Shown: positions 41,201 to 49,740, numbered from the stretch's first letter. The stretch is DNA of 64,000 nucleotides from Elusimicrobiota bacterium (GCA_044221725.1 JBGAON010000005.1:160001-224000), one strand, 5' to 3'. Numbers and translations: made by a program. Notes: a model not told the origin generated them from the letters alone.

Positions 41201-44047
41201 TTCAAGATTAATGGCCGAACCTACTCAGGAAAGATCCGTGGACAAAAATCGGTTGTACCGGAACAAGATTTGAAACCGGATTCGGGCGTGCCGAACGGTG
41301 AGGACTACGAGTTCTTTGTCGATGGACCCAACAACTTTGTTATCGAAAGACCGAACAAAGATCCTCGCGGACGGTTTGTTCCGCTTCTCAAGAAAAAGGG
41401 TACCAATGAGATTGTTACGCCCACCGATGAACAGGTGTCGTTGATCGAGCCAGACACGGGCGGCGCTTTGGTGATTGATGAGAAAGGAAATTTCGTCATT
41501 GTCGACAAATTTCAGTACGCGGGCACCGACGTTGCTGACCGTATCGACAACGACCGTTACTACAATACAAATCAGGTTCAGTTTAAAATCGCTGACATGC
41601 TGCGTTTCTTTGGTCTTATGGACGCAAACGGATCAACGGAGAGATTTGAAGCGATGTCCCCTCAGATGCGGCTCGACACGGTTTTAAAAGCCACGCGGGA
41701 TCTTCCGTATTCGATGGAAGACATTGATTCCGGGGCCGCGCTCTTGCCGGTGCGAATTCTTGCCACGGTCTTGAAAAAAATGAAAGGCGGCTTTGTGGTC
41801 ATTGACCCCTTCGCCGAGGCCACGCCGTTTAACGGCTATCTCGGTTTCAAAGATTGGAACGATCACATCTTAAAGGCCACTCCGATTAAAAGGATTTTTA
41901 CTCACATTGTTGAAGCGCTCGCGAAAAGAGGACGTTTCCCCGCTGTCAGAGGGGAAATAACGGTCGATAACTTCATCCCGACGTTTACTCCAATCTACGC
42001 GGCGGCCATGGATCATGTTGCGCATCACTTGAACGGCATAGACGATCGGGCCGATTACGATTGGATGGCTTCATCGGTTGGCACCAAGGAGAAGCCGGAA
42101 CCAACGCCGGACACCGTGTTGCAGTTGACGCGATCGGGAATTCTGAACCTCTACAAAAAAGACGTTCGTCGGTATTCTTTCCTACGGGAAAACATGAATA
42201 TTCACAAGGGAAAAGAACAGCAGGACAGATACGTCACGTGGAAAGTGCGGCAAATTTTTATGCGCCTGTTCGCAATGAAAAAGTTCAAACTGGTTTTTGA
42301 GAAATACGGAATTCAAACCGGAGTTTCGAAGGAAGATCCGTACGTGCGTTTGTTGCTCTACACACGCATCGATGATGAACTTGCGGCCGAAGTTGGTGGT
42401 TCGATTGAAAGACTTCATCTTCAGGGCGGATCGACGGATTTGGATGAGGAAGACCTTGAGCTTGGCGAATATAGCCCGCTGGAATCTTCATTGGATGTGC
42501 GACCGGTTCATTCCGTGAGTTTTTTACGTCCTTCCCGTACCGCCCCTTTTGTTGAGGAGCTGACGGTGCTCATTTATGGCCCCATCTTCGCGACCACATT
42601 TGTGTTCATCCAAAATTCATTCGTCTCGTTTGGAATAACGCTCGCTGTGTTGATTTTTATCGCGGGATTTTTAGCGATGATACACACCGAGGTTTTCTTG
42701 CCCAATACGGACGGGACTTACGCGCGTACGGCCGCACGCCCGTCCGACAAAATAAAAATTTTTGGTTTGTTGTTCTCTTTCGCGATTCCATACTTGTTTA
42801 TCTTAACCGTCGTGAGCTTCTATATTAATGTTCCACCGAATCTCAGCTTTATTGAATCGCAACGGGCGATGCGCTCGTTGCCAATCGCGGCGATCGTTTT
42901 CGCCGGTCTGCCAGCGCTGTTGCACTTGGCGTATGTGCGGCGTGTTATTCCCTTCTTTTTGCATCGCTTCAATATTCGTTTGCCGTTCGCAACGATCGCT
43001 GCAGAGCCACTGACCGACCGGGATCAAATCAAGAGAATGAGTAGTGAGCTTACCCCCGAGGCCCAAAGCCTTTTCGTCTCGCTGCTTTTAAAATCAATGC
43101 CGCCGATGGAGCAGCTCGGTTTGGAAAAAATGGTGGAGCCGAAGATCGAATCTTTAACGATGATGCCCATTAATCGTGTTTGGAACAGTGATGAGCGGAT
43201 TGCCGAACGAACGGACGCTGCGATAGCCGTCTATGCTGTTCTCTACAAAGCAGAAATTTATCGGCACGTGAATCATTTGGCGCGTCAAATTTCCGTCGGA
43301 GCGAAGGTGGACGCCAACATTATCAACCGAATTGCGTCGCTCACGGGCACGCTAAATACTTTGGGCAGAGGAGTAAATTCCGAACGGGATCACGCCTTGC
43401 AGGCTCAGCTCGCAACCTTGGGCGCTCTCGCGAGGGCTGCAGAGATTTCCCAATTCGATGTCAATGTCGTGCGAGGATTGCTCGAGAAAACAACGAAAGA
43501 GGCCCCGTTGGCGGCGGATGGCACCGTGAAACCGGCCGATGTAGAAACCAATAGAAATGATTACGGTATCTTTTCGTACCCTGACTTGAGTGGAAACGCC
43601 GACTCCAAAGGCGCTCAGACGGCGCTCGCTGAAATTGGCCAGTTCGTTAAGGCGGCTTCGTTGCCCGGGGCGGAACGGAAATTTGGTTACGTGATTATCA
43701 CGTTGCGTTCGATTGAGGAAAAGGTAGCGGCATTGAATTTCCTCAGTGAAAGAATTCCTGGCGCCATGTTTAAAGAAGGGGATAATATTCGCTTCGAAAT
43801 CCAGGCCCGCACGAATCCTCAACCGTTTATTGCCGACCTTAAAAACAAAGGACTGAACAAGATGTTCGGGTATCCGATCGGAAGCGCCAATTTCGAAACG
43901 AACTGGGATATTTCCGGCTTATCATCAGAAGACTTGGCGCTTTTCTCTCTGCGTCTAATCGGCCTCGAAAGTGGGGAATTGTTTAACCTGGACGACCACT
44001 TCCGCCAAGCCGAAAAGAACATCCAGCTCGCCGAACAGGGCGCTTAG
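35237..44047 (+). CDS. Large membrane protein (2936 aa): shared N-domain, GT5 glycogen synthase-like domain, UDPGP-family pyrophosphorylase-like domain
   Basis: GT5 motifs VVYIASEV..HTGGIG, PDVVHVNDWQT, HNAVYQG, RAEKEKG, VPSIFEPSGL, DFSW. UDPGP-like motifs LLGGAGSR, PRGPG, ISNGEDLGA, TGGALV, YNTNQ, LGFKD. Confidence 0.9.
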   Translation: MRFSLRKGSAAFIAGSLFITQVLTNPMLVQTCFAQNTGFGLRASADIWTERSNQIARLKSPQADIFPTRAADNAFKPFFQSVNPFARVGETHIENNGGPTVLLLQDVHMNLEAQKNIGEVLLRTPKNSVIGVEAAVGPFDFSKFRSYPEPKILANIASVLLRENYISAISWMGLTAKGSLPTIVGVDDSSLYVKNVDAFKNTIAIKADRLSSIETALQKLAHEKADLFSAEEKALDALITNYEAGNVTLAAYIQSLEQSVSMDAFPSLKTLSAALQLEARLDQKQAEQERERLVRKISATDSAALQQLTALSISHGAGEMEATTFYSEFRSILNAHHISLAAYPHFSTYVEYAALADGIKQERIFKEIQDLTKAAIGKIARREQTKQLFKQGRTLFLAKKLVNFELTPEEWKEYQVGPGLRHSRTTASVPSGTNLEAFFDFYRYAEARNEKMVNNLLNARGNSNTIVLLAGGFHSAGIRALLRARGVSYAVLTPRISQDNLGNGSAYLGSFIRDRTPLEKLFYGEKLTVAAADTILGPSNPIAPGRRWLPAAAISLTAVLAAAYFATGANPNLELATLSAWIAGISGGVAILLSAQDRRAHLNINGTEIEAGAELSAPAYRTIKDVPGLGNVGWNTHRSFGTVIKGIALVVFGIAFIKLLTNVFEPFVKARDVIAVGHSPSFPMRTGFFRWGFLLTIGVAFLSMVTTTRAYFHRFAPEKSFGDLPVEKLNSMSDVELWNEIKKNGYIRIHERLPYLPHGGSRVEGRLWNYFLTHSVDELVPDFQKMDAWTVAQVLQNENIMNHEHRLAKPHKIMMALSHEQRSDVSDNMKLKYYRQLMDPTRVKKVVYIASEVRGIFHTGGIGVVADSFPRAMQGFGHDVSQILPYYEGVGIEEEISKNVAAGIWTKKELFQKINVPMDGHIVTATVVQIDRRDLPTLYLIQNPEYFGRYTMGKDKRGKLNPYFPANLPNSHASFTEREMLTLERFIFFAKACMMAMPVLNLNGNGEAPDVVHVNDWQTTLLAPWLLYLRATTPVEFQHDAEANPYMRGMNPATFSRLKTYFQKTQTVSTQHNAVYQGLFSESARYENTFDRLKDNSWELFKKTGLPWDPFFMQTDQKTGVTEEKQPFSLRLHGQFNFSLAMKSADASYTVSEAHATELAEGAYPELPRFYYSLTMDERFTGINNAPDVELRNPRNLKGIIAYGVTDVEEKKPLNKIALLEKVGLASGNKSDDEAKFVVGVVARAEKEKGFDLILEALPEVLQGHEHDTVVVVLASGNPEYERRMRELQASYPRNIKYIDKFLPELEPMITVGSDSLLVPSIFEPSGLTHYDAMIAGTLPIVAPSGGLNVVRDPSEGIEAAIGFMMRSKTSIELSKKIEEARQMFLNDKSSWNRMIDNAMNTDFSWPDSVDKVMDLYERAEFFARIQKNNKISIKSPRGKRPRPQLVLNFIFNLAQNLEQRYADPISGHDLYKNSFWGAPKYEAGFLFALLAGTFAGFAVVLPVTWMALAAATITTMVTFLLLHPIRAGPSKGSPSLLEYRSLGILFIFLPFLLIIGPLALVGLSYIPNDRTILRGSILAASLAIGAISTMPGHAWWNNHSPKPLTAAHASYGALDKYLTGTAVRELLAFRGMQFRYDESDFQYFATNPRIVGFDRKTQKIVLQPLFNFLDPIPPANSPAAERKVIVDRNMESILRLSPPINQQGQINREEYHRVINDAFEGKLDKVEKYRVIDKIASHPDRIFDATAVSAREHQISFVRLIERYERGEIAIFSLLGGAGSRVIQKSKKIKESITKAILSTIGIQIPAIGLGTGPKHPLFLTIFKHSMLVTVKAVALVFNTQLGVNDHNIMAAVQDDPHMTRAISEKVEILKSPGSGIPMQRVADKKTKKPGGVLWTNKNGKEIPDSDVNVREGNAITRPRGPGAFSVLIAAAVDGTLLKLHRDGRLYGLISNGEDLGAMPNEMAANFMEENNLPITFFLAERDVKYQFKINGRTYSGKIRGQKSVVPEQDLKPDSGVPNGEDYEFFVDGPNNFVIERPNKDPRGRFVPLLKKKGTNEIVTPTDEQVSLIEPDTGGALVIDEKGNFVIVDKFQYAGTDVADRIDNDRYYNTNQVQFKIADMLRFFGLMDANGSTERFEAMSPQMRLDTVLKATRDLPYSMEDIDSGAALLPVRILATVLKKMKGGFVVIDPFAEATPFNGYLGFKDWNDHILKATPIKRIFTHIVEALAKRGRFPAVRGEITVDNFIPTFTPIYAAAMDHVAHHLNGIDDRADYDWMASSVGTKEKPEPTPDTVLQLTRSGILNLYKKDVRRYSFLRENMNIHKGKEQQDRYVTWKVRQIFMRLFAMKKFKLVFEKYGIQTGVSKEDPYVRLLLYTRIDDELAAEVGGSIERLHLQGGSTDLDEEDLELGEYSPLESSLDVRPVHSVSFLRPSRTAPFVEELTVLIYGPIFATTFVFIQNSFVSFGITLAVLIFIAGFLAMIHTEVFLPNTDGTYARTAARPSDKIKIFGLLFSFAIPYLFILTVVSFYINVPPNLSFIESQRAMRSLPIAAIVFAGLPALLHLAYVRRVIPFFLHRFNIRLPFATIAAEPLTDRDQIKRMSSELTPEAQSLFVSLLLKSMPPMEQLGLEKMVEPKIESLTMMPINRVWNSDERIAERTDAAIAVYAVLYKAEIYRHVNHLARQISVGAKVDANIINRIASLTGTLNTLGRGVNSERDHALQAQLATLGALARAAEISQFDVNVVRGLLEKTTKEAPLAADGTVKPADVETNRNDYGIFSYPDLSGNADSKGAQTALAEIGQFVKAASLPGAERKFGYVIITLRSIEEKVAALNFLSERIPGAMFKEGDNIRFEIQARTNPQPFIADLKNKGLNKMFGYPIGSANFETNWDISGLSSEDLALFSLRLIGLESGELFNLDDHFRQAEKNIQLAEQGA

Positions 44048-44140
44048 CCTAAACATCTCGTCAAATAGGTCGTTTTCCACTTGCCGTGATTATTGACACC
44101 CCCCGTGGCATTCCCATGACACGCGCGTTACACTCGATTC

Positions 44141-44977
44141 ATGGGTATGGAGATTGTCCGTTTAGGCGAATCTGATGTCAGGCAGCTCTCCGGTGAAAAA
44201 GAAGAACTTGGAGAGTTGTCGTTCGTAACCCACAACCTTCCTGAAAAGAACCTGTCTATTTGGATGATGACGGCAACCCGCGGTCAGCAACTGGTTCCCT
44301 GGTGGAATTACGACGCGAAAATTGACGGTGATTTGCAACGGCTCAACGATTTTTGGGGCGTGTCGAGCGCTCAGGGATTTTTCGATTGCCTGTACCTTTC
44401 CCAATTCAAAAAAATGGCGAGCAACAATTTTTATGTGATTGCTCCAGGTTATCTGCGCACCGATGGGTGGGACAAGATGCCCGAAGCGTCCCGTGTCGCG
44501 TATTTGCGGGGGCAAGGTTGCGTTTACCGATTGGAAGGGGCGTTCGATTCGAAGCTCACAATTAACTGGGTGCCTTTTGCGCAGCCGCAGAGTCTCGTCA
44601 AAGATCCGTCGTTTGGCGCATTGTGGCCGATGTTCACGGCGGCCCGCAACGATGATGTCGCCAACAGTCTTGGATTTTTCTCTCTTTCCGATATTCATCA
44701 GCTGCCAAAAGTGGTGGGCATGCTGATTTCGCAAAGCAACAATCGCTCACTGGAATTGGCGTCCGCCGTCGATTGGTTCGGGTTGTATTCATCGCCGATA
44801 ACGCCCGATCATACCGCCTGCTCTGTCGTGTACACAAAACACGTGAGCGTGATGGCGAAGCTCGCCGAATTCCAGCAGAAATTTCAGCACGTGCTCAATG
44901 AAGCCCGAGCCACATTGAAAGCCAACCCCGCTCCTCAAACCGCATTCAAAGTGCTGTCTCGCTATATCGCTATTTGA
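44141..44977 (+). CDS. Hypothetical protein
   Basis: 278-aa ORF filling the gap between genes, with TACACT 6 nt before the ATG. No recognised motif. Confidence 0.7.
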   Translation: MGMEIVRLGESDVRQLSGEKEELGELSFVTHNLPEKNLSIWMMTATRGQQLVPWWNYDAKIDGDLQRLNDFWGVSSAQGFFDCLYLSQFKKMASNNFYVIAPGYLRTDGWDKMPEASRVAYLRGQGCVYRLEGAFDSKLTINWVPFAQPQSLVKDPSFGALWPMFTAARNDDVANSLGFFSLSDIHQLPKVVGMLISQSNNRSLELASAVDWFGLYSSPITPDHTACSVVYTKHVSVMAKLAEFQQKFQHVLNEARATLKANPAPQTAFKVLSRYIAI

Positions 44978-44998
44978 TTACGATATAATTTCAGCACT

Positions 44999-46612
44999 TT
45001 GAAACTTCGCCACGCCGCCCCGTTCCTGTTGTTTTTCCTCCTATCAATGGCGCGCGCAGACAACCTTCAGCCAACGATTCGCTCAATCCTCATCAATCGA
45101 AAAAACGTTTTTGAAACGGGCTCGCGCACCGACAATGTTTTCCCGTATTCGTGGGCCAACAAAATTCACATCGTGACCAAAGAGGACACCATCCGCCATG
45201 CGCTGCTATTTAAGGAAGGCGACGCTCTCGATGCTGAGAAAATTTCGGAATCCGAGCGGTTGTTGCGCCGGCAGGGAAATTTTCGCTACGTGAAAATAAC
45301 GCCGCTTGAGAATATGAATGGGCAGGTGGACGTGAAGGTAGAAACCGAGGACGTGTGGACCACGGCACTCGAATTGTCGTTCGGTCTGGCGGCGGGGAAA
45401 CGGTCGTACTCGTTTGGTATTAACGAACAGAACTTCTTGGGGCGCGGAAAAGAAATCGGCGCGTTTGTGAGCAAAAATATCGACCGGACCACGCGCGGTG
45501 CCGTGTATCGCGATCCGCAAATTTTGGGTACGCGGTGGGAATTTTTCGGCGGTTACGGAAAAGACGAAAAAGGAAAGGAGTGGGAAACCGATCTCACACG
45601 CCCCTTTTATTCCGCCCTCGTGACGCATTCGGAAGGCGTCTTGCTCGGCGATCGCCAGAACGAAGACCGCTTGTTCGATGATGGAGACGAGGTTGCAACG
45701 TTCGATCATCACTCGCGAAACGCTCGCGTGTTTGGTGCGGTGGCGCTCGTGGCGAGCATGAAACGTGTGCGGCGTGTATCGCTTGCCTACGAAAATAATC
45801 TCGATGAATTTTCCAACGCCAAAGGACCGCAGTCGCCGGCTTTGCCAGAAGAGCGCCGTGTAAACCCCATTCTTCTCGGTTATCAGCACGAAAATATTCG
45901 ATTCCACAAAGTTCGCGGTGTGACGACCTTTGACCGCGACGAAGACATCAACTTGGGCGGCTCCTTTATCGCTGAAGCGGGGCCCACAAACGAACACACC
46001 GGAGCCACGCAGCGTGGGTGGTTCGGGCGAGCACGGATTACGAAAAATTTCCATTTCCAAGAAAACCAAGTCTGGTTCAATTCGATTGAAGTCGACGGGC
46101 GACAGGAACATGACGACGTGCAAAACGGTGTTCTGCGGTTGCAGACGCAATACTATTTGCTGGATTGGTTGCCGTTGCACACGGCGAGTCTTCGCAGCGA
46201 ATATGTGGTCTCAAAGAACTTGGATCCGGAACGCGAATTTTTGCTCGGTGGCGAAAATGGATTGCGCGGATATTCGGTTCGACAATTCAGCGCCACGGAC
46301 CGAATTCTTTTCACGCTTGAGGACCGTCGCGGTCTATTGTATGACTGGCTGCATTTGATCAGCATTGGGTGGGCCTGGTTCATGGATTCGGGTGCCGTGT
46401 GGGAAAAGGGTTCGTTCCCGGATGCCAATCAGTTCCGCACCGACGTAGGAGGAGGAATTCGCTTTGCACCATCAAGGTCCACCAATCCGGGCCTCATCCG
46501 TATCGATGTCGCGTACGCGCTGCAAGACAACAACCGCTCCTCGCGCTTTGTCCTTAATATTGGCGCCGACCTTTCGTTTGGAGATCGCCCTGCTCGAAAG
46601 TTTGATCGCTAG
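44999..46612 (+). CDS. Omp85 (BamA/TamA-like) outer membrane protein
   Basis: Signal peptide, one POTRA-like unit (TKEDTIRHALLFKEGD...ESERLLR), EQNFLGRG, LGGENGLRGY and DVGGGIRF. TATAAT at 44984. Confidence 0.85.
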   Translation: MKLRHAAPFLLFFLLSMARADNLQPTIRSILINRKNVFETGSRTDNVFPYSWANKIHIVTKEDTIRHALLFKEGDALDAEKISESERLLRRQGNFRYVKITPLENMNGQVDVKVETEDVWTTALELSFGLAAGKRSYSFGINEQNFLGRGKEIGAFVSKNIDRTTRGAVYRDPQILGTRWEFFGGYGKDEKGKEWETDLTRPFYSALVTHSEGVLLGDRQNEDRLFDDGDEVATFDHHSRNARVFGAVALVASMKRVRRVSLAYENNLDEFSNAKGPQSPALPEERRVNPILLGYQHENIRFHKVRGVTTFDRDEDINLGGSFIAEAGPTNEHTGATQRGWFGRARITKNFHFQENQVWFNSIEVDGRQEHDDVQNGVLRLQTQYYLLDWLPLHTASLRSEYVVSKNLDPEREFLLGGENGLRGYSVRQFSATDRILFTLEDRRGLLYDWLHLISIGWAWFMDSGAVWEKGSFPDANQFRTDVGGGIRFAPSRSTNPGLIRIDVAYALQDNNRSSRFVLNIGADLSFGDRPARKFDR

Positions 46613-47384
46613 TCTTTTCGCTGCTGTGCTTTTGTTGGTGTCGCCATTCGTGTGCGCTGACGAACTTGTGTTGAAAGAAGGGAAATCAATCCAAGGAAAA
46701 ATCACGAAAGAAGACGCTGACGAGTACACCATTCTTATGGGCTCTCAAATGTATTTGCGCGTGGCGAAAGAAAAAGTGGCGCGCGTCGTGCGTGATACGC
46801 CGGCAAAACCCAACAAGCCCATTGTCCGGACACCGGTCGCGTCGCCAAAAGCAGTTAATGTCTCGACGGCAGTCGCCGCAGTTCCGTCGCCATCGTCCAA
46901 TGCTCCGGTGGCCGCAACAGCCGTGAAACCATCGCCGGCCAAGGCAACTCCATCTCCTGGAGTCGTTGCGACGCCGAGCATAAGTCCCGCAAAAGTCACC
47001 GAGCCACCACAGCAAACGGTAAAGAAAGGTGTCGTCACAATTGAGGAGAATGTGGCGGCATCAAAAACCGGGAAAACCACGCTGCAGACGGTGTGGGAAG
47101 GAACGCCTGAGAAAGAGGCCAATCAAACCAAGTGGAAAGCCGTGATCTTGCGCGCGACGATCGCGAACGATCCAACATCCCCGCACGCAAAACAGGAAGT
47201 GGACTCGCTGCGTTCTTCGCTTTCTTCGTTCGCTGAAGAACTGACGGCGTTGCGCGCCAACGACGAGAAAACGCTGCGGTCCGAAACCGACCGGTTGTTG
47301 GCGGTCATGCAGGATCACGCCAAAAAAAGATTGCAAGGGTTGGCGCGTCGCGAAAAAAAAGAATTTGACAAAAAACAAAAATAA
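46602..47384 (+). CDS. Secreted hypothetical protein with Pro/Ala-rich linker
   Basis: TTG at 46602 gives a signal peptide (IASLFAAVLLLVSPFVCA), followed by DELVLKEGKSIQGKI. Start inferred. Confidence 0.7.
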   Translation: MIASLFAAVLLLVSPFVCADELVLKEGKSIQGKITKEDADEYTILMGSQMYLRVAKEKVARVVRDTPAKPNKPIVRTPVASPKAVNVSTAVAAVPSPSSNAPVAATAVKPSPAKATPSPGVVATPSISPAKVTEPPQQTVKKGVVTIEENVAASKTGKTTLQTVWEGTPEKEANQTKWKAVILRATIANDPTSPHAKQEVDSLRSSLSSFAEELTALRANDEKTLRSETDRLLAVMQDHAKKRLQGLARREKKEFDKKQK

Positions 47385-47478
47385 CTTAAGATCTCCGTCG
47401 ACAAACCCTCCCGTCCCCTCCTTGTTTTAAAATTCAATCGACCCCCTCCTCGACGCAAGTTTCATTCGTGGAGATGTT

Positions 47479-47889
47479 ATGTGGAAGAGCCGTTCGTTTG
47501 GTGGATCTGTTGTGGAAATGGCATTCGTGGCGCCGCTGGTCGCGTTCGTGTCGCTTCTGTTTCTAAATCTCGTTTGCGTGGCTCTTGATCAAATTCGCTT
47601 GGAGCGCGTCGCGGCGCAATTGTCTCGAGAAATCGCGTGCCGCCGCATCGCGGATTCTGCGACTCTGGAATCATGGGCTCGTTCGTGGCTTGCCGGACGA
47701 TCGCTCTCAAACATCACTCCTCTCATTGTGCTGCACGCCGTTCCGGTCGTGCCGGGAAATTTCCCACGCTCAAATAATCCGCTCATTGTTTTCGACATTG
47801 ACCTGAAAAAGGAACCTTGTCAGCCGTTTCATTTTTCGGGCGTGGGTTTCACTCAGATTTCGACACACGCGAAGGAAGTGCGGTTGTGA
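47479..47889 (+). CDS. TadE-like pseudopilin
   Basis: GGSVVEMAFVAPL followed by a hydrophobic helix (G/xxxxE prepilin-type motif). First gene of the Tad cluster. Confidence 0.75.
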   Translation: MWKSRSFGGSVVEMAFVAPLVAFVSLLFLNLVCVALDQIRLERVAAQLSREIACRRIADSATLESWARSWLAGRSLSNITPLIVLHAVPVVPGNFPRSNNPLIVFDIDLKKEPCQPFHFSGVGFTQISTHAKEVRL

Positions 47890-48623
47890 CGATCGTGACC
47901 GTCTTGGTTTCGCTCGCGATGGTGGCGATGGGCGTGTTTGTCATGGATATTGGCCGCGTGTCCATTGTTTCGCAGAAATTGGAAACCGTCGCCGATGCCG
48001 CGGTGCTGGCGTCGCTAAGAATGCGCGTGGAAGCTCTCGAGATCGTGGCAAGTCGGTGGCAAGAATTCGGCGGACTCATGGGACCTTTGGCGAGCGACGG
48101 AGCAATCTCCTTGCGCTCGACCGATTGGACGTCTGTCGAACAAAAAGCGGCGACGCTCAAACGTGCATTGTCCGGTTACCAGGCGCGCACGACCGCTATC
48201 GTCAAAGTGATCGCCGAGGCCAACGGGTTCTCGCGGGAACAGGTCGAAATTATCGATGACCGCGGGTCGCGGCTCGGCATTCAGTCCGCGAGTGCGATTG
48301 TTATTGACGAACAACGTCGTGAGAAAACGCTCGACAGCTTGTGGTTTAAGCGTCTGTGGGCGACGAATGAGAAGCTTTCCCAACCTGCGGAGGTCACCCG
48401 ATTCCACGTTCAAACAACCGTTCCCGTTGCGGACGGAGAAACGTGGACGTTAACGCGGGCTTCGGTCGGGCAAATCCGTTGGGACGTTTCAGAGAACGAC
48501 GCCGACGTTCGTCGGCGCGGTAATGGCGGTTACGCGCGCGCCTTCGAAGAGGCCGTGGACGCCGGTGCTTTTTTGCCTCAGCGCTGGCCTGTTTTTCGCG
48601 CGGTTCTGGGGCAAACGAAATGA
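47817..48623 (+). CDS. TadG-like pilus assembly protein
   Basis: REGSAV-hydrophobic-DIGR...KLETVADAAVLA matches the TadG N-terminal pattern. Start uncertain (TTG 47817 or GTG 47886). Confidence 0.75.
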   Translation: MSAVSFFGRGFHSDFDTREGSAVVTIVTVLVSLAMVAMGVFVMDIGRVSIVSQKLETVADAAVLASLRMRVEALEIVASRWQEFGGLMGPLASDGAISLRSTDWTSVEQKAATLKRALSGYQARTTAIVKVIAEANGFSREQVEIIDDRGSRLGIQSASAIVIDEQRREKTLDSLWFKRLWATNEKLSQPAEVTRFHVQTTVPVADGETWTLTRASVGQIRWDVSENDADVRRRGNGGYARAFEEAVDAGAFLPQRWPVFRAVLGQTK

Positions 48624-48994
48624 GCCGACGCGGAAATATTGTGTTCGAATTTTTGTTGGCGTTGGGAGTTTGGAGCGCGGCGTGGATTGGACTCATTCTT
48701 ATTGCGCGCATGATTGTTCTCGAGCAGCGGGCGCATCGCGTCGCGCGCTTTGGTGCGATGCTTGCGGGAACCGGACGTGTAACGGACGCCACCGTTCAAA
48801 ATGAAATGACGAATTACGTCGCTGCATTGCCGTCGTCGCGCTTTCCGATAAATTGGACATTTTCGACCGCCCCGTACACGCAAACCGCGGCCTCGCGGTT
48901 TTACCGATTCGTACAGGTGGGTGTTCGCGCCGAGTCGACCGGCGTGCCGGCCGTTGCCCAAACGGTCGTTTCTCAAAAGGAAAATCCACTATGA
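48620..48994 (+). CDS. TadE/TadF-like pseudopilin
   Basis: RRGNIVFEFLLAL followed by a TM helix. ATGA overlap with the upstream gene. Confidence 0.7.
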   Translation: MSRRGNIVFEFLLALGVWSAAWIGLILIARMIVLEQRAHRVARFGAMLAGTGRVTDATVQNEMTNYVAALPSSRFPINWTFSTAPYTQTAASRFYRFVQVGVRAESTGVPAVAQTVVSQKENPL

Positions 48995-49740
48995 AAATAA
49001 TCATCACGCCGGTGCGAAAACTTTTGCTGTGCGCGGTGGTGGGAGCTTTTGTGTTCGCGGTAGCCGAAATGCATTTCGCAAAAAAGAAACGAGAGATCGC
49101 CGAAAAGCAAACGTTCGTAACGGTGGTCCGATCTCGAAAGTATATCGGCGAGGGAAAACCGATCGCTCTGGATTTTATAGAGGAGTTCGTGATGCCCGAA
49201 GCTTACGTGACGCCAACGATGGTGAAAAAATGCGAGCTCATGGATAGGAACGGTCACACGCGATTCAAAGCCCGTGTTGGTATACCCAAGGGAGAAATTC
49301 TCAGCAAGAGCACGATGCTCGATGAGCAGAGCGCTTTGGGGCCGGCCTGGTCGCTCGAACCCCGTCAGACCGCTTTTGGTTTGCGGTTGAACGCTGAAGA
49401 CGCGGTGGGAGGATTGCTTAAACCCGGGGATTGGGTGCATCTCGTGTTCACGTCCAGCAAGCGCGCGAGCATTCTTGTCCCGCGGGTGCGCGTATTGTCG
49501 ATAGCGGATCAGGTATGGGACGGGAGCCGTGCTATTTCCGATGAAAATCTCGCAAAGCCCATGGCAACCGATTCCATTTTGGTTACACTCATTTTGGCGC
49601 CCGAAGATTTGTTGGTAGCGCGACTGGCCGCGATGCATGGGCAGCTGACGCTTAGTTTGATATCGCCGCTTTGCGATGATCTGCACGTGCCGCGATCAAT
49701 TGAATTAAAGGAGCTGGAGCTACATGGCGGACGTACCTGA
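48991..49740 (+). CDS. cpaB: Flp pilus assembly protein CpaB/RcpC
   Basis: N-terminal TM, SAF-like region, AVGGLLKPGDWVHLV, VRVLSI, VTLILAPE. ATG 48991 overlaps the previous stop codon. Confidence 0.85.
   Translation: MKIIITPVRKLLLCAVVGAFVFAVAEMHFAKKKREIAEKQTFVTVVRSRKYIGEGKPIALDFIEEFVMPEAYVTPTMVKKCELMDRNGHTRFKARVGIPKGEILSKSTMLDEQSALGPAWSLEPRQTAFGLRLNAEDAVGGLLKPGDWVHLVFTSSKRASILVPRVRVLSIADQVWDGSRAISDENLAKPMATDSILVTLILAPEDLLVARLAAMHGQLTLSLISPLCDDLHVPRSIELKELELHGGRT

Noticed and set aside
1580..44022. Many antisense and alternate-frame ORFs (up to ~400 aa) overlapping the giant genes
   Set aside because: They are shadows of biased codon usage in long genes, with no recognisable motifs.
44093..44098. 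Perfect TTGACA upstream of 44141
   Set aside because: It lies 30 bp from the TACACT -10 candidate, and there is no good -10 at 16-18 bp.
47380..47460. CTTAAG and CCCTCC repeats before the Tad cluster as a fourth promoter box
   Set aside because: Only one CTTAA and no phased TTTAC pair.
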